Origin: Mizuhopecten yessoensis
Taxonomy: Eukaryota
Length of the DNA stretch: 64,000 bases
Direction: 5' to 3'
Assembly (NCBI RefSeq): GCF_002113885.1
Contig: NW_018408879.1
Coordinates: forward strand, 369,293-433,292
Shown here one piece after another: positions 1 through 14,600 of the stretch (position 1 is its first letter; every line of letters starts with the position of its first letter). A program made the translations under genes and the position numbers. Under the pieces are notes generated by a model. That model had not been told where the DNA came from, ran no database searches, and was given only the letters and a program-made list of their open reading frames with translations.

Positions 1-2155
1 ATCAGACCAGACCAGGGAAATGTTGATGCTAAGATCACCAAACCCTCGATGTTGACTCTAGTTACATCAAACCAGGGACATGTCGACACTAGTAACATCA
101 GACCAGGGACATGTCGACACAAGTTAAATCTAACCCGGGACATGTTGACACCAGTTACAAAAGACCTGGGACATGTTGACACTAGTAACATCATACCAGG
201 GACACGTTGGCATCAGTTACAACAGAACTGGGACATGTTGACACTAGTAACATCATATCAGGTACATGTTGACACTAGTTACTACAGACCAGGGACACGT
301 TAATGCTTGTAACATCAGACCTGGGACATGTTGACTCTAGTTACATTAGACCAGGGACATGTCGACACTAGTTAAATCTAACCAGGGACATGTCGACACT
401 AGCTAAATCTAACCTGGGACATGTTGACACCAGTTACAAAAGACCTGGGACATGTTGACACTAGTAACATCATACCAGGGACATGTTGACACCAGTTACA
501 ACAGACTTGGAACATGTTGACACTAGTTACTACTGACCAGGAATATATTGACACCAGTTTCTACAAACCGGGAACATGGTGACACCTGTTACGACAGACC
601 TGGAACATGTTGACACCAGTAACTACAGACCAGGAACATGTTGACACCAGTTGCATCTAACCAGGGACATGTTGACACCATTAACAACAGACCTGTGACA
701 TGTTGACACTAGTAACATCCTACCAGGGACACGTTGGCATCAGTTAGAACAGAACTGGGACATGTTGACACTAGTTACATCATATCAGGTACATGTTGAC
801 ACTAGTTACTACAAACCAGGGGCACGTTACTACTTGTAACATCAGACATGGGACATGTTGGCACTAGTAACATCATACCAGGGACATGTTGACACCAGTT
901 TTTAAAGACCAGGAACATGTTGACACCAGTTACAACACACCTGGGGCATGTTGACACTAGTAACATCATATCAGGTACATGTTGACACTAGTTACTACAA
1001 ACCAGGGGCACGTTAATACTTGTAACATCAGACATGGGATATGTTGGCACTAGTAAAATCATACCAGGGACATTTTTACACCATTACAACAGACCTGGGG
1101 CATGTTGACACTAGTAATTATAGACCAGTGACATGTTGACACCAGTTTCTACAGACCAGGAACATGTTGACACCTGTTACAACAGACCTAGGACATGTTG
1201 ACACTAGTTGCATCAGATCAGGGACATGTTGACACCAGTTGCATCTAACCAGGGACATGTTGACACCAGTTACAACAGACATGGGACATGTTGACACCAG
1301 TTACTACTGACCAGGAACATGTTGACACTTGTAAGATCATTCCAGACCAGGGACATGTTGACACTAGTAAGATCAGACCAGACCAGGGACATTTTGACAC
1401 TAGTCACATCATACCAGTGACACGTTGACAATTGTAACATCAGACCAGGTACATGTTGACACCAGTAACTACAGATCAGGGACATGTTGACACTAATAAC
1501 ATCATAGTAGGGACATGTTGACATCAGTTACATCTAACCAGGGACATGTTGACACCAGTAACAACAGACCTGGGACATGTTGACACCAGTTACGTCAGAC
1601 CAGGAACATGTTGACACCTGTTACGACAGACCTGGAACATGTTGACACCAGTAACTACAGACCAGGAACATGTTGACACCAATAACTACAGACCAGGAAC
1701 ATGTTGACACGAGTAACTATAGACCAGGAATATGTTGACACTAGAAAGATCATTCCAGACCAGGGACATGTTGACACTAATAAGATCAGATCAGACCAGG
1801 GACATTTTGACACTAGTAGCATCATACCAGTGACACGTTGACAATTGTAACATCAGACCAGGGACATGTTGACACTAGTCACATCAGACCAGGGACATGT
1901 TGCCACTAGTAACATCAGACCAGGGACACGTTGCCACTAGTAACATCAGACCAGGGACACGTTGCCACTAGTAACATCAGACCAGGAACATGTTGACACC
2001 AGTTACAACAGACCTGGGACATGTTGACACTTGTCACATCAGACCAGGGACACGTTGCCACTAGTAACATCAGACCAGGAACATGTTGACACCAATTACA
2101 ACAGACATTTGACATGTTAACCATAGTCACACATGATTTCTGACATCTTGACACT
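1..2155. repeat. 31-bp tandem satellite (consensus GGGACATGTTGACACTAGTAACATCAGACCA), about 65-70 diverged copies, truncated by the window start
   Basis: ACATGTTGACAC recurs about every 31 bp; ORFs 49..303, 1270..1524 and 1915..2154 are translations of the repeat. Confidence 0.95.
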
Positions 2156-5100
2156 TACACCAACAAACGAGAGCCGTGTTGCTACTAACAACAGCAGACC
2201 AGAGATATAATGGCAGTTATAACCGTGGAATTTAAAATATTCTTTTTTAGTTTTTAGTTGTGTTTACTGAAGTGCTCCAGTCTACGTAGATGTAAAGTTG
2301 ATGTAGTGAGAATATGATTAGTAATTCTGTAAAATACTTTTGTTCTTTTAGGTTCACGTTACAAACGTCTGGATAAGCATCGGATGTTAGTCATGAACAG
2401 TGGATTATTTACGATACCTTAATGGCAACACCCAAGGAAAAGGACCCAATACATTGATAAGTAATATAGTGTCTCGTAGGTCAGAACTGACCGGAAGTTT
2501 TAAGGATGTTACGTACAATATGTTGTTTTTCGTGTGTGTATCTTGAAACAAGCTATTTTACTAAATAGTGATTCCAACATTATCATAAAACGGGGGTTAC
2601 AACAGCAAATATGTGAATTTCAAAATCACGATCATTGTAAGCTCGAATTTACAAACCTTGGATTGTGAATTAGTTAATTGTGGTTGAAAAGAATTAAATG
2701 TAATTATCAGACACATCTGTAGCGTGGCTCAACGTGTTTACTGGTGTAAACACATCAACAGTATCAATGGTGCAGTCCTGGGCCAACATAGATACATACC
2801 TACAATGAACATAGCAGTGGTTAGTCGGTGGCTATTTAACTCTACCATACCAATCGGAGATCTCCAAGGCTAAAACGCTTTAATTAAATCTATTCATTGC
2901 GTTGAGTTGAGGACTCGAACAAAGGGCCGAGACCGCCAGCGAGTGGTTCCGCAAAGTGTGGCGTGTCAATGCCTGTAGCGCGTGTAAAAGATCACTCCTT
3001 TTTGAAAGAATTCAGCTTTAAGTCTCTGTCATAATAGCGGAATTTGGGCTGGTGCTTAACTGGAAAATAGGAATTAAGTTGGCCGGTACCATTTTTAATC
3101 CCAGGTGGAAAATAATTGTGAGATTTATAAATACCCGTGTGAAAGAGGTGATTATTTGTAAAGGAGATTAGGACGGATAAAACTTATATATGGCAGAAAA
3201 TAAACGTGTATGTATACGATTATATAGTTTATTGGAAATTAGTGTTCTACATTCCCATAGTACACAAATAAAACTATGAGATCATGATTATTTAATAATT
3301 AAGCAGATTCGTGAAAAAAATCCGGTAGTGAAGATAAATAATAATTTTATATTTGACGTATCTGCGTCTGGTGGCACTTTAATCACACAGCGATAAAAAG
3401 GGGGTAACACACGAGCAGGTCGGTTCATTATCGACTAATAACTAACAAGTATATAACTGGTCAGCTACGTCCGACCTTAACCGTCTTGTATTGTAATTAG
3501 TACGTTAAGATATAATTGGACGTTAAGTGGACTCTTTTCCTTAGGCGGATTATCACACTGTTGAACTAGCTTTTTAAGTTCTTAACCAACTCGTGAAAGC
3601 AAATTAAATGTTTACGTCATAGTCACATAATATTTTGTTTGCAAATGCTAGATTTGCTTCGGTCTTTGTTGTTGTTGCTTATGTGGATAGAAGCAATACT
3701 TAGAGTCGTTAAAACGTGTTCCGATGTCGTTATTTGTTAGTGTAAATATGACATGTCACCCGTGTAAATTTTGAGTCGTTTTATTCACCACGTCTCAAAT
3801 TCGTCTCATCAATAAATATCCATCATCGTAAGAGATGGGAACGTCGTGTGATAGACAAGATGGCGGGTAACATATACATGCATATGCAAATGTTGCTGAC
3901 TAATTGATACATAAGATGTGATATAACATGTCTGGTATTTACTCGTTTGCATGATGAGTTTTAAATCCAATCAACATCAATTTTTGTTAGAGGTCAAAAA
4001 TCTTGCATAGCAATGATGCTACGTGAGGAATTTGATTGACATATCGGTCGACTCCTACGTGTCCCCGGGGTAAACATTTCCCGTACAAATCCTGGCCTGA
4101 TTATATAGATCATCGATATGATTGATAGCACATAACATGGTCCTGACACACTGGCCATGATGAGTGTCACACCCAGCTAACAGGCGGGCTGTGGTACACA
4201 CACTCAGATCCCCTCTACAAGTGTTGAGTTTTTTTTCATCAGAGACGTAAAAATGTAGTAACATATATGTCTCTGTTTTCATCCCTCAAGATACCTATAT
4301 AATTATATTAAGCGTCAGAAGCATAGGAGCAGGCCAGAATTAGTATTTAGTGTACATCAGAGATAACCCAGATAGATATGGCGTCCTAAATTAAATCAGA
4401 TGTTTAACCCAGAACCCCTACTTATACCATTTTTAAAGAAAATAACTGTGCGTATGATTAATCAAGTAATGCATTAACAGAATTATCGATACAACATTTC
4501 TTTCATCTAAAAACGCAAAGATTTCGTCTTAAATTGAACAGAATATGTAAGGCCTATACTGGCGCAGAAAAAAAAATCGTAAGTGAATAAAGCTTTCGTT
4601 CAAAAGCATCCCACTGGTATGAAATTATATTTCTCAAAAAAATAATATTTAATATTAATTCGGTACCTAGATAGTTTACATGTTAAAACGATGCAGGGTA
4701 AGAGAAACATATAGCCAAGCTGCGCCGAGTATCACACATCTCTACTGTAAGGTTAGCTTGTGCAGCGTTATGCAAAGGTAGTGCTTCCTTATTAACTTGT
4801 AATGGAGTTAAAAATTACTAGTCAAAGGTGACTTTAATTTGTTTGAAATTCGTTTTATTGCAGAAAACAAAAACAAAAAGGCGGATACCTATATATTGAT
4901 ACAGCAGTCATATTCGAAATATATTCCCCATGATCCGATATACCTCCACAATAAGCGTCAGGTGTATTCATTGGAATTCACTGATCGGATATATATTGGT
5001 ATAAATTGTATCTTCCTGTTTAGTCACTCTATGTGTCAAAAAAGACATATTTGACATTTTTACCACATTATGCGTCCCCAAGTTATGAGAGGTCACTATT

Positions 5101-5299
5101 TCGCTGCGTACATATCTGTTTCGGAAAAAAATTATCAAACACATTTCTGGTTTACTTCTATTTCAATTCTAATTTTGTTTTTGTGCCAGTGCAGCAACGA
5201 AAAGATATATAACAACATTCCCTAGTTCCTGCTACTGCTACAGTAGCGCTATGAGCGTGTGTGTATTGCAGTGCGTATATTACACCACAACCTGAACAC

Positions 5300-5476
5300 C
5301 CCTCTCTAAGCTCCGAGTTCATTGGTCCGGTCAATGACATGCGCAGACGGCAGCACGTGTTCATAAACAAATTTTCATGAAAGAGGGATCACAGAACTAT
5401 ATAGTAGTGACTTGTAGTTTGGAATCTAACCCTTCTTAACTCAGGTAGTTTGCTACAGAGCTCAACGCTTGTTAAC
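5300..5476 (+). promoter_or_regulatory. Probable promoter/5'UTR region of the quaking gene
   Basis: CpG-retaining zone upstream of the ATG with reverse CCAAT (ATTGG 5321-5325), NRF1-like CATGCGCA (5338-5345) and E-box CACGTG (5354-5359); a YY1-like GCCATTTTG lies near 6005 in intron 1. The TSS cannot be determined. Confidence 0.4.
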
Positions 5477-5603
5477 ATGGGAACTGAAACTAACAAAGAT
5501 GAGCGTAACACGCCAGAATATTTAGCACAGTTACTAAAAGACAAGAAACAAATTCAGGCATTTCCGAATGTTTTTGTACACTTGGAAAAACTTTTAGACG
5601 AAG
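5477..5603 (+). CDS. QKI: quaking exon 1 (coding part): [42 protein letters not shown](E), QUA1 dimerisation region
   Basis: ATG in AACATGG context; donor AAG|GTAAGT at 5604; 127 nt, ends phase 1. Confidence 0.95.
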
Positions 5604-8600
5604 GTAAGTTTACGTGAAGCTTGAAAACGTGCGAATTTCTTGGTGTATCTCGCCACAAATTTTGCAGAAATTGTTATTGATAATTCGGAGTGATAATATG
5701 ATTTAATACGGACGCAAAACGTATTGGAATTTACTCGTGTGTCTATTAATTCTGATGGTGCATCCTACTTGGGCCTGGCCCACATTGAGGGGAACATGTC
5801 TACCAAAAGTTTTGGACTAAAAATAACACTAGCAATTCACTTCGTAAAAGTTACTAAAATTCTTTTAAACTCATATTTTGTTATACCAAATTTTAGTTTT
5901 TGCTAATTTCTAATGATTGTGACCAAATTCTGGGCTGTTGTGTGGGAAGTAAGCTACATACTCGCCGCATACCGACACAAAGCGAACAGCCCCGATTTTT
6001 GGCAGCCATTTTGAAACTTCTCCCGTCACTGCACACAGCTTTGAGTGTTTTTACACTGCGTGACTCATTCTTACTTCTTGATTTTAAGATTTCTCTGATT
6101 TTCTTTAAAATAATAACATTCTGACATCGGAAAATCTCAACGTGGAGTGATATCAACACGTAATTCCCGCGGTTTCCCTTATCTCCAGATTGTAAATATT
6201 ACCTGTTGATAAGGTATGATAAATTGGCTCAGCTGATTTGCTCAGGTAGCGCACAACCTCGTAGGAAAATAATGTGTTCATTCGCGACAGAAACAGTAGA
6301 ATCTTTCTGATTTTACCACTTATTTTGTTTTTATTCAGTTATTCAGTTTAAAAAATTATTGATTACATTGAATACTTATGGAATAAAACGTCAAATCAAA
6401 GTAATTATTAACTAAACAGATTGATGAATGAATATATGACAGGTTAAATAAATAGTTTTGTCAATAACGATAAAAATCTCGGGAAGTAACTCTTAAATCT
6501 GTGCTTTTAAACAAATCTCGTGATAGGCCTATCGTCAACTAATCAATAGAAAATTTTATTGTAATGAACACTCTTATTTACATTAACATGATTGGATCAA
6601 TAATTTGTACTGCACGTTTTGTTGGGTTAAATGCCTGGACTATTGGCTTATGTGTAACCTAGGTTGGCCTATACCCATGTATTGGTTATTAGGCTGTTCA
6701 TTGAGCTACTGTATGATGTATACTATTGTAGTAATATCTAAAAATTGTATTGAACATTTTTACATACTAAGCAGCATCAAATGACTATGCACCCTTTCCC
6801 CTATTGAAATCACCTGTCCACAGCACGGGATGTTTTAGCATGTCTACCTCTTAACCAGTTCATCATTTACGCTTGTCCGTCACTTCTGGTAACACTCATA
6901 TGTCTAATATTTATTATCTGCATCTCTCTTGCTTGATTGTCAATTTTTTTTTTGCGACTTGTTGTCCATCTGAAAGAAATTGACAAAGGTTTGAGTTTGT
7001 AAAGACAAAATGTATGGGTGCAAATCACATGTCACATGAAGTATTAATAACCTAGTTTTCATTAAGTGTATTTCTCCAATATACAAGAGTCTTTCATCAT
7101 TTAACCTGTGATAGCTACTTAGAGTATTTTGTGTAAAACAGTAACATTTTTCCCACCATACTTTACATGTTCTGTACCATATAATGCAGTCTTCAGTGTG
7201 CCAACATCTGAGCACTGGGTTACCATCTAATCTACTAATATCCCTCCCTATCAACAACTATTTCCTTGTTGTTTGAAACCCATTAAAGGATATACACTAA
7301 AGAAAATTGTGATCCCAATATGAGAAAAAAAGTGTTTCCAAAGAGGAGGATGGATTTACGAGCGGCCAATACGCTGAAATTGTTGATGGTACTTCATCTT
7401 AAATTATCGGCTACACAGAACAGTGACAGGTATGGTAAAACATGTCTTTTGATGAATTGTGGCAGATGTTGTAACTTATAAATGTTGTTTCCATTTTAAG
7501 TGTTGAAAACAATATTGAATTAATTTTACCTCCAATACCTATATACTCCAATGGAAAAGAGACATTGTGATCAATTAAAAATTGAAAGACTTTCGAAATT
7601 ATTTCCCCCTTGAAATAATTTCAAATTTTAATAGCAACACGAGAGCTGGTAAAGCTGCAGGTGTAAAAAAAAAGAGTACATGTTGTGAAAAAGTGTATTC
7701 TATGAATTGTCCAAATGTTTGTGTACACAGATTACATACAAATTGATTTCTTGTGACTTTGTGTTGAACATACATCACATTTGGAAACATCATTTCTTCA
7801 TGGATTTAGAGAGCTGAAATTGACTGTATTTATACTTTACGCTCATCGTGGAAAGAGGAATAACGATCAACATCTGAAACCAGGACAGAACAACACAAGA
7901 ACTCGGTCCTAAACTCGAGATACTCTGCAGTATGGTGACTGACATTTAGATAAAACTGGAATATAATTCGACTTTGTTAAATTTACTATGTGTGTATAAA
8001 ACTGGAATGATAAACCACTATAAGTTGATTACATATGTGTTTATGAAAATCTGTGCATACTGAGAGGAGTTATGAATTAAAAGGAGGATAACGAAATTCA
8101 TCAAAAGAGGTAAAGGTATTTTGATATAAAACTAAAAGTAATACATGTATAGGATATTAAAACCGTTCTTCCAGGCTAGTATAACATTTTTGAACATTTA
8201 AGGTAATTTTTTCTTGTTTGTACCTGTCAAACCCTGTAATGCAGGGACAGAACAAAACTTACAAATATGGATATCATATAACAAACAGATTTATCAAAAC
8301 TATTTCATAATTCTTGACTTGAAGTCTTTTTTTATATAAATCAGTTTTAAAATTAATGCCTTGAACCATACTTAAACGCTATTTATCAAATTTAAATGAG
8401 GTGGGTTAAAATAAGTACAAGGCACATATTACAAAATATTGAAATGGATCACATTCTCTAGCATTGAGCTGCTGACATTGGCCTAGTGTGATTATTAAGA
8501 GATAAGCCTTGCACCGACTCTATGAAATGGGGAGGATTTAGGCTCCATGCGAAGAGGACACAGACTGGCTTTGTGAGGTTGTCCTATGTATAGCTGTGCT

Positions 8601-11600
8601 AGTCGGCCTGGAAGGGTGAATAATCGGTGTGTAATTACAAACCTACACAGATACTATATATTTCACACCCCATTGCACAAGAAGACCTGACAGTGCCCAT
8701 TCCAGACCAAGGTTGAGTGGAAAATTACAAAACCTTCCAGATAAAATGATACCACAGGGTTTATCTTTGGACTGTTTGGTGTTTTTTAAACATTCTTTCA
8801 TGGGCTTGTTAAAAAAATCTTTTGTATGGCATTGCACGCCTTTATATTTTATAAGATTTGTTTTTGGTAATATTGTTAATATATAAATATCTTGCTAAAG
8901 ATGATTACCGGTTTTTGTGTTAAGATTGTAATATTCCATGTGCATTGAAGTTCTTCCAGGAGTTTACATGATATCTCAACTCGCACAAAAAGTTCCTTTG
9001 TATATATGACTCACAGGTGCATACCATGAGGTGTATACACTATCTACTTTGAAGTCCCTTCAGCATATATACCTTTCTTGCACGTACATCCTCATGTCCT
9101 TCCCAAAAATGGGGGCATGCATGAGGGGGATTTAAGGTCAGTAGCTCTGGATCCTTCTCAAATTTCTCTTAATGTTGTGATATCTGGGGCAGTGCATTAG
9201 TTAATCAATTGTACAGCTAGCTATAGGAACAGCATTGACACGATTGGTTAATTTTTAACTAACGTACCAACAAATACATTAATTTTTGACCATTGAGATT
9301 GTTTTAATGAAGGTTTTCAACATGTGTACTGATAACTTTGCTCTAGCTTCTCATTCCCGCTCTTTTTAACTAGTTCACCATCTTTGGAGAAATCTTGTAG
9401 CTACAGTAACGGGGAATTCGTAGGAGCTTTGAACATGTTCAATATGCAGTATCTGTAAATCATGACATGTTGTACATTTTGGATTGCCTTATAGTCTGTT
9501 GTAATGACTTGTTTCTAGGGAATCCGACACAGTCAATCACAATGTCGTGCTGATGTGTCCCCTGTGATGTTCTGGGATATATGCAGCGATAGGCATTTTC
9601 TTGATCATCAGATTTGAGAGTTTCATTTATAATTCATAAAAAAACCTGTGCAAGACATTTTACCATGAATGCATTTGTTTTTGTTGTTCGACAATCCGAG
9701 GGAAGGATACTTTTGCAGAATAACTGAATTTCTGAACGAATATAGCATGCCTGTAGCTTGTGTTTATTTGTCAATGATTGTATCTGAGGCTGTAAGCCAG
9801 TCTACTGCTATATACCCAACCATGCACTCTCAGCTGTTCACTAGATCAATAAACTCGAAAGTCACACTGGGATGGTCAGGATTTTGGTATAACAGTTCAA
9901 AAAATATTGCCAAATAGTTAAACTACATTAACCACTATTTCATGTATTGTGAAATTTTTTATGCACTACACAATCCTGCATTGATTATCATTTTATAACT
10001 TTCTTATACAAGAGAAAATGAAATCACGCAGAGGTCAATGATGGAGAAATCCCTGTAATACATTTCTACCTAGCTGTAGACTGGGAGCCTTATGAAAACA
10101 ATTATTTTAGCAGCAAATGATATATTGGAAAGAATTAGAACCACATGTCGATTGACCAAGGCCACAGTGGATTGGCATATTCTCACCACAAAGAGATCTC
10201 CATCAGCTTGTAAATGCCCTGCTGAGTGTGGCCTCTTGAGACTCCTAGCCTCCTGTGTGTGCCAGTGCTGCCCAATCTGGAGCATGTGGAGTTCCCACAG
10301 TCCTCATTATAGGGGCCATGTGGGGCTGGTTCCAGAGTGTCTTTTAGAGGGAAAGCAGGGCATCATAAATCATGCAACAGATAAATCATTTTAAGAGTAT
10401 TACACAAATATTGAATATATATCTGAATTAGGAACCTTTTGTCGAAAATGTAGCTTATATATATATATAAATCTGTTAAGTTTTTATTATTCTGGGAAAA
10501 ACAGATGACATTGCTCAGTTTTGAAATAATTTTCGTGTCTAAAAGCTTTGAAGAGTTTGAATGGGCCTGTCGTGTCTTTGAGACGTATTTGCAGTTGGTC
10601 AATAGAGAGGTGTACAGAAATCACCACTCTATATGAAAGTTTATGGCTTTTGTTTACTCCTGTAGCACTCTTGAGGACTACTGATATAGGTAGCCAGGTA
10701 GCAGTATTTAACTGTTATCTTTTCTCAGTAAAACTGAAATTATCCAATTTTTTGCTGTCTGGAACTTACAATTCAAGCTTGGACACGTAGTGCGGGAGAT
10801 TGTTAATTTATTTTTGTCCCATTTTGGTATTTTCTTTCTGATTTTTTTAATGTTATACAGACAAAGTTACCACTAGCTATATATATAACACTAGTTTATT
10901 TCATAAGCTTACAGCAAATACAGCCATGGGGAGGGTATACCATAGTGCTGCCAGTTTTTCGAAAACTACATGTACGTGATGCATTTATAGTGGATAACGG
11001 TGTGAATCATTTGCAGGTGTTTTTGTTTGTGCTGATAGGCTAAAGAACAGTCGTTCTTCTTCAGTCTCGATTCCAGTACTGAAAGGCTAAAGAATAGAAT
11101 GATGGAATTGATCAAAGGAAATAGATATAAAGCACATACAAATTAATTACTGAATATTTGTATTGTGAGCCAAAATATTATTTTGTATCGGGTTTATACC
11201 TTGTTTTGTGTTGGGTACGTCTTTAGTGCTGTTACTGCTGCTGGCTACAGTCTGTCTATGTAAAGGGAACCCTACTAATTAGATGATGGTATACAGTTAT
11301 ATCCCAGCTACGTTTACCTTTATCAAGAGTTTGTTTCTGAAGAATAAAATGGGGAAGAGCAGTGCAAATTGATATAGCATTTCTAGATATATTCTCCGAC
11401 CACCGTGATGCAGACATCATTATTTGTGTATATAACACTGAAAGCTCTTGATGCGTTTTATCTTTATATATTGTCAAATGATGCAACATTCACAGTAGGT
11501 AATACATACAGATTACATGCAATTTCACTTCTGTAAAGACTTTTGTTATGATATATAGATGGGAGGAGTTGAAAGCATAATACTCGCAATATGGTGAATG

Positions 11601-14600
11601 GTTCAATGGCTGTGTATAGCTGGTAGCAGTTATGTGCATTCCTGGCAACACATCGCCCAGATTATTATGGTTTCTCTGTTTTGCATAGAAAGTTTGAAGT
11701 TAATTTTACAATCTTGCAAACAAAAAAAATAAAATTAAGGGAATGGTATACAATTATTATGACCTCCCCTTCTTTATGTCTGGATTCTCTCATAATGGCT
11801 CCAGTGTATGTACATCAAACAGATTCAGACCCTTACATGCTAGCCTCTTTGTTTAAATGTCATTTGGCAATCATTTTTTCAAGTTTTAGCAAAGAAATTC
11901 ATGCCAACATACAGTTTGGACTTTGAAATATTTGGGAAGTACAGAAGAGGCCCTTCTGGCTATAGCTTAGAACTTCTTTCACAAGCTTACCCTGCAATCA
12001 TCTCAAGATGTTTGACGTTTTCTCATTTTATTTAGCAGTGAAAAAACCCTGAAAAATGAGGAAACAGCAGGGCAGCACTGATCACAAGCAGATGTAGAGC
12101 TGTGTAAGAATCAGGGCACCTGCAGGAGGTTGTGTAGTCCTGCTCTTCCAAACTTGTGGAGGGAGATCAATCATTTCCCCTCCCCCCTGCCTCTCTGTAA
12201 GTGAGGAATGTGCCCTATCCTATATCCCCCCATCCCTGCAGTGCCAGTCATCTTGGCCATCTTGGTGTATATAATCCCAATCCCTTAGCAATACAGTCAC
12301 ATGTCTAGTGTGGTCAAACCCTGTCCCAGTCACATATTCATTTAGAGCGTCCTTGTCCTAATCCTGATCACATGTCCATTGTGAAGTCCAAGTCGCATGT
12401 TCTTCGTGGAGTCTTGTGTCCAAGAAATGTGTCCATGGAGTCCCTGTCCAAGTCTGTTTGCATTTCTTCAAAACTTGTTGAAATGACACATACATTTAAA
12501 TCTTTGTGCACGATATAAAAATTGTTCAGCTAGGTACATTTATCAATTTAGATAAGTGAAACAAGATAAGAAGTCAACAAAATGCATTTCTTGCCTATAA
12601 CATTTCATTGTTATATTTGCTGAAAACAAAAACAAAATGACATATCCTTTCGAAGATGTATGGCTTAACTAATTCTGTAAGCTTAGTAGGTTGATGGAAT
12701 TTTGGCATTTCATGTTACAAATTTTGATGAAGAACTTAATTTTGTGGTACACAATTTGAAACAGAATGATGCCCTTGCCATACCTGAAATGGAGTGTTCC
12801 CCTTGGTAGACCCGGGTGGTAGATATAGATGTTAGGAAGCAGAGAGAGAACGGTGTATAACCAAGAGCTAACCAACCATCCTCTTTATGGATAAGGATTG
12901 TCCCATACTTTTACTTGGTCCCACCAATCATATAGCATCCTGACAAATAGTCTTTGGGATTTATTTACCAGGTCTACTACACACAATAAGCAACACAAAG
13001 AAGTTCATGGCTACCTGGAACTATTGATTAAAGTTACCAAGCCCTTCTTGTCAAAAACACAATACTTTAGGCCTTATATTGCTTGATTGGAAATGGCATG
13101 ATAATCTGATAGATCATGTTGGGTGTGTAATTTTTCTCCATATGGATGTAATCGTTAATCTTTTGTGTACATATATAGTTGCAGTGATTTTAGTAGGTAT
13201 GATGTAGTAAGTTCTCAAAATGTCTGCAAATCCCATAGGAGAAGCTCTTGGTCAGGACTCAGATATTTGCGTCATAAAAATAAATAAATATATTTTATAT
13301 AAATGTAAAATTTTGATGAAATTCAAACCAATCGTTGCTGATTCTGTAACAGGTGTAATGTTATCTATAATGGAAACTGAACTTATTCTCCTGGTAGCTA
13401 TAGAGTGATGACTGATGATAACAGATACATGTATATATCTATGTGTCATTGTGAATACTGTTTTTGTTGCTGATGTGTTGGTAGGACCTAAATCTCATGT
13501 TAGAATATGTACATGTAGGAATGTTTCTGAAAACATATGTCAACGAATAAATTAACTTTAGCGAAATTGGCTAAAGTTAGAATTCTTAGGACTAAGTGTA
13601 CTTCTGAAGGGATGGCATGCAAGTAATGGCATACTATCTGTGTTCTGGGTGTGACAGTTAGTTTACATGAGGACTGGCATATACGAGGTGTCTGTGTTAG
13701 ATGTAACAAAAAAGTGAAGGATTGTAAAGACTGTAAAGGATGTTGGTATGCTGGATATTACAGCTTGGGCAAGTTGTCACGGCTCCCATAGGGTGTCTGT
13801 GTGCTAGCTTTCATCACAGGTTTATTGTCATTGTTGCACGTTTCTTTTTGAGGAACTGCATCCTCAATTCTAATTCTGCACCTCTAGTAGGGTAAAGGAA
13901 TGAAGGCCTGTTTTATAGTCCAATTAGGTTAAACCCAATTATATTTGTTTCATTACCATTGCTATGGTACGCTTCAATTCAAGGGCACAATAAAACCATC
14001 GTATAATGACGACAACTCCTTCGGAACACTGTACAAAGCCTCAAGATGAATTGAGGTTTCTTTATTTTTTTCAACCATGGTTAATTTCTTTTCAGAAGAC
14101 GCAATACAGTTCAATCATACCTGAATTACTGTACATAGTTCAACAAGTGTTCAGTTAAAAAATGTATTTATATCTGGATAGAGGTCTCTGAACGATATTC
14201 AAATGTCCTTCAGTTCCTCTGGGGAGCAATTGTTTGTCACGTTTTATGATTTTAAACAGTTGTAAGAATTAAAGATACCGGGCGGTGAGCAGGGTGCAGC
14301 GTGTATCCATTGTCACTAATTTGTTTGTTCCAACATGTACAAGGTTTATTTGTCCCGGTATGCTAAGTTTAATACCAGAGGGAATGCTTACTGACTTGAT
14401 CTAATAGCTGGCAACTGTTCATCCTAGATTAACATCACAAATTCTAAATGTGTTTTATCCCATCATTCAGTATACTCAGTCATGTGTACAGACAATGTTT
14501 CTACAATCAGATTGCCATGTAGCTACTAAGAATATGACACAAGTTTGTGTGCCAGGTTATTCTGATATTCTCAGCATTGTCATTTGTATAAGAGGTGCCA

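Noticed and set aside
1-2155. CRISPR-like or coding repeat
   Set aside because: Head-to-tail 31-bp satellite with no spacers; the period is not a multiple of 3
2900-3150. Possible SINE remnant (reverse B-box-like GACTCGAAC, CGTGTAAAAGATC)
   Set aside because: Too degenerate to delimit or assign
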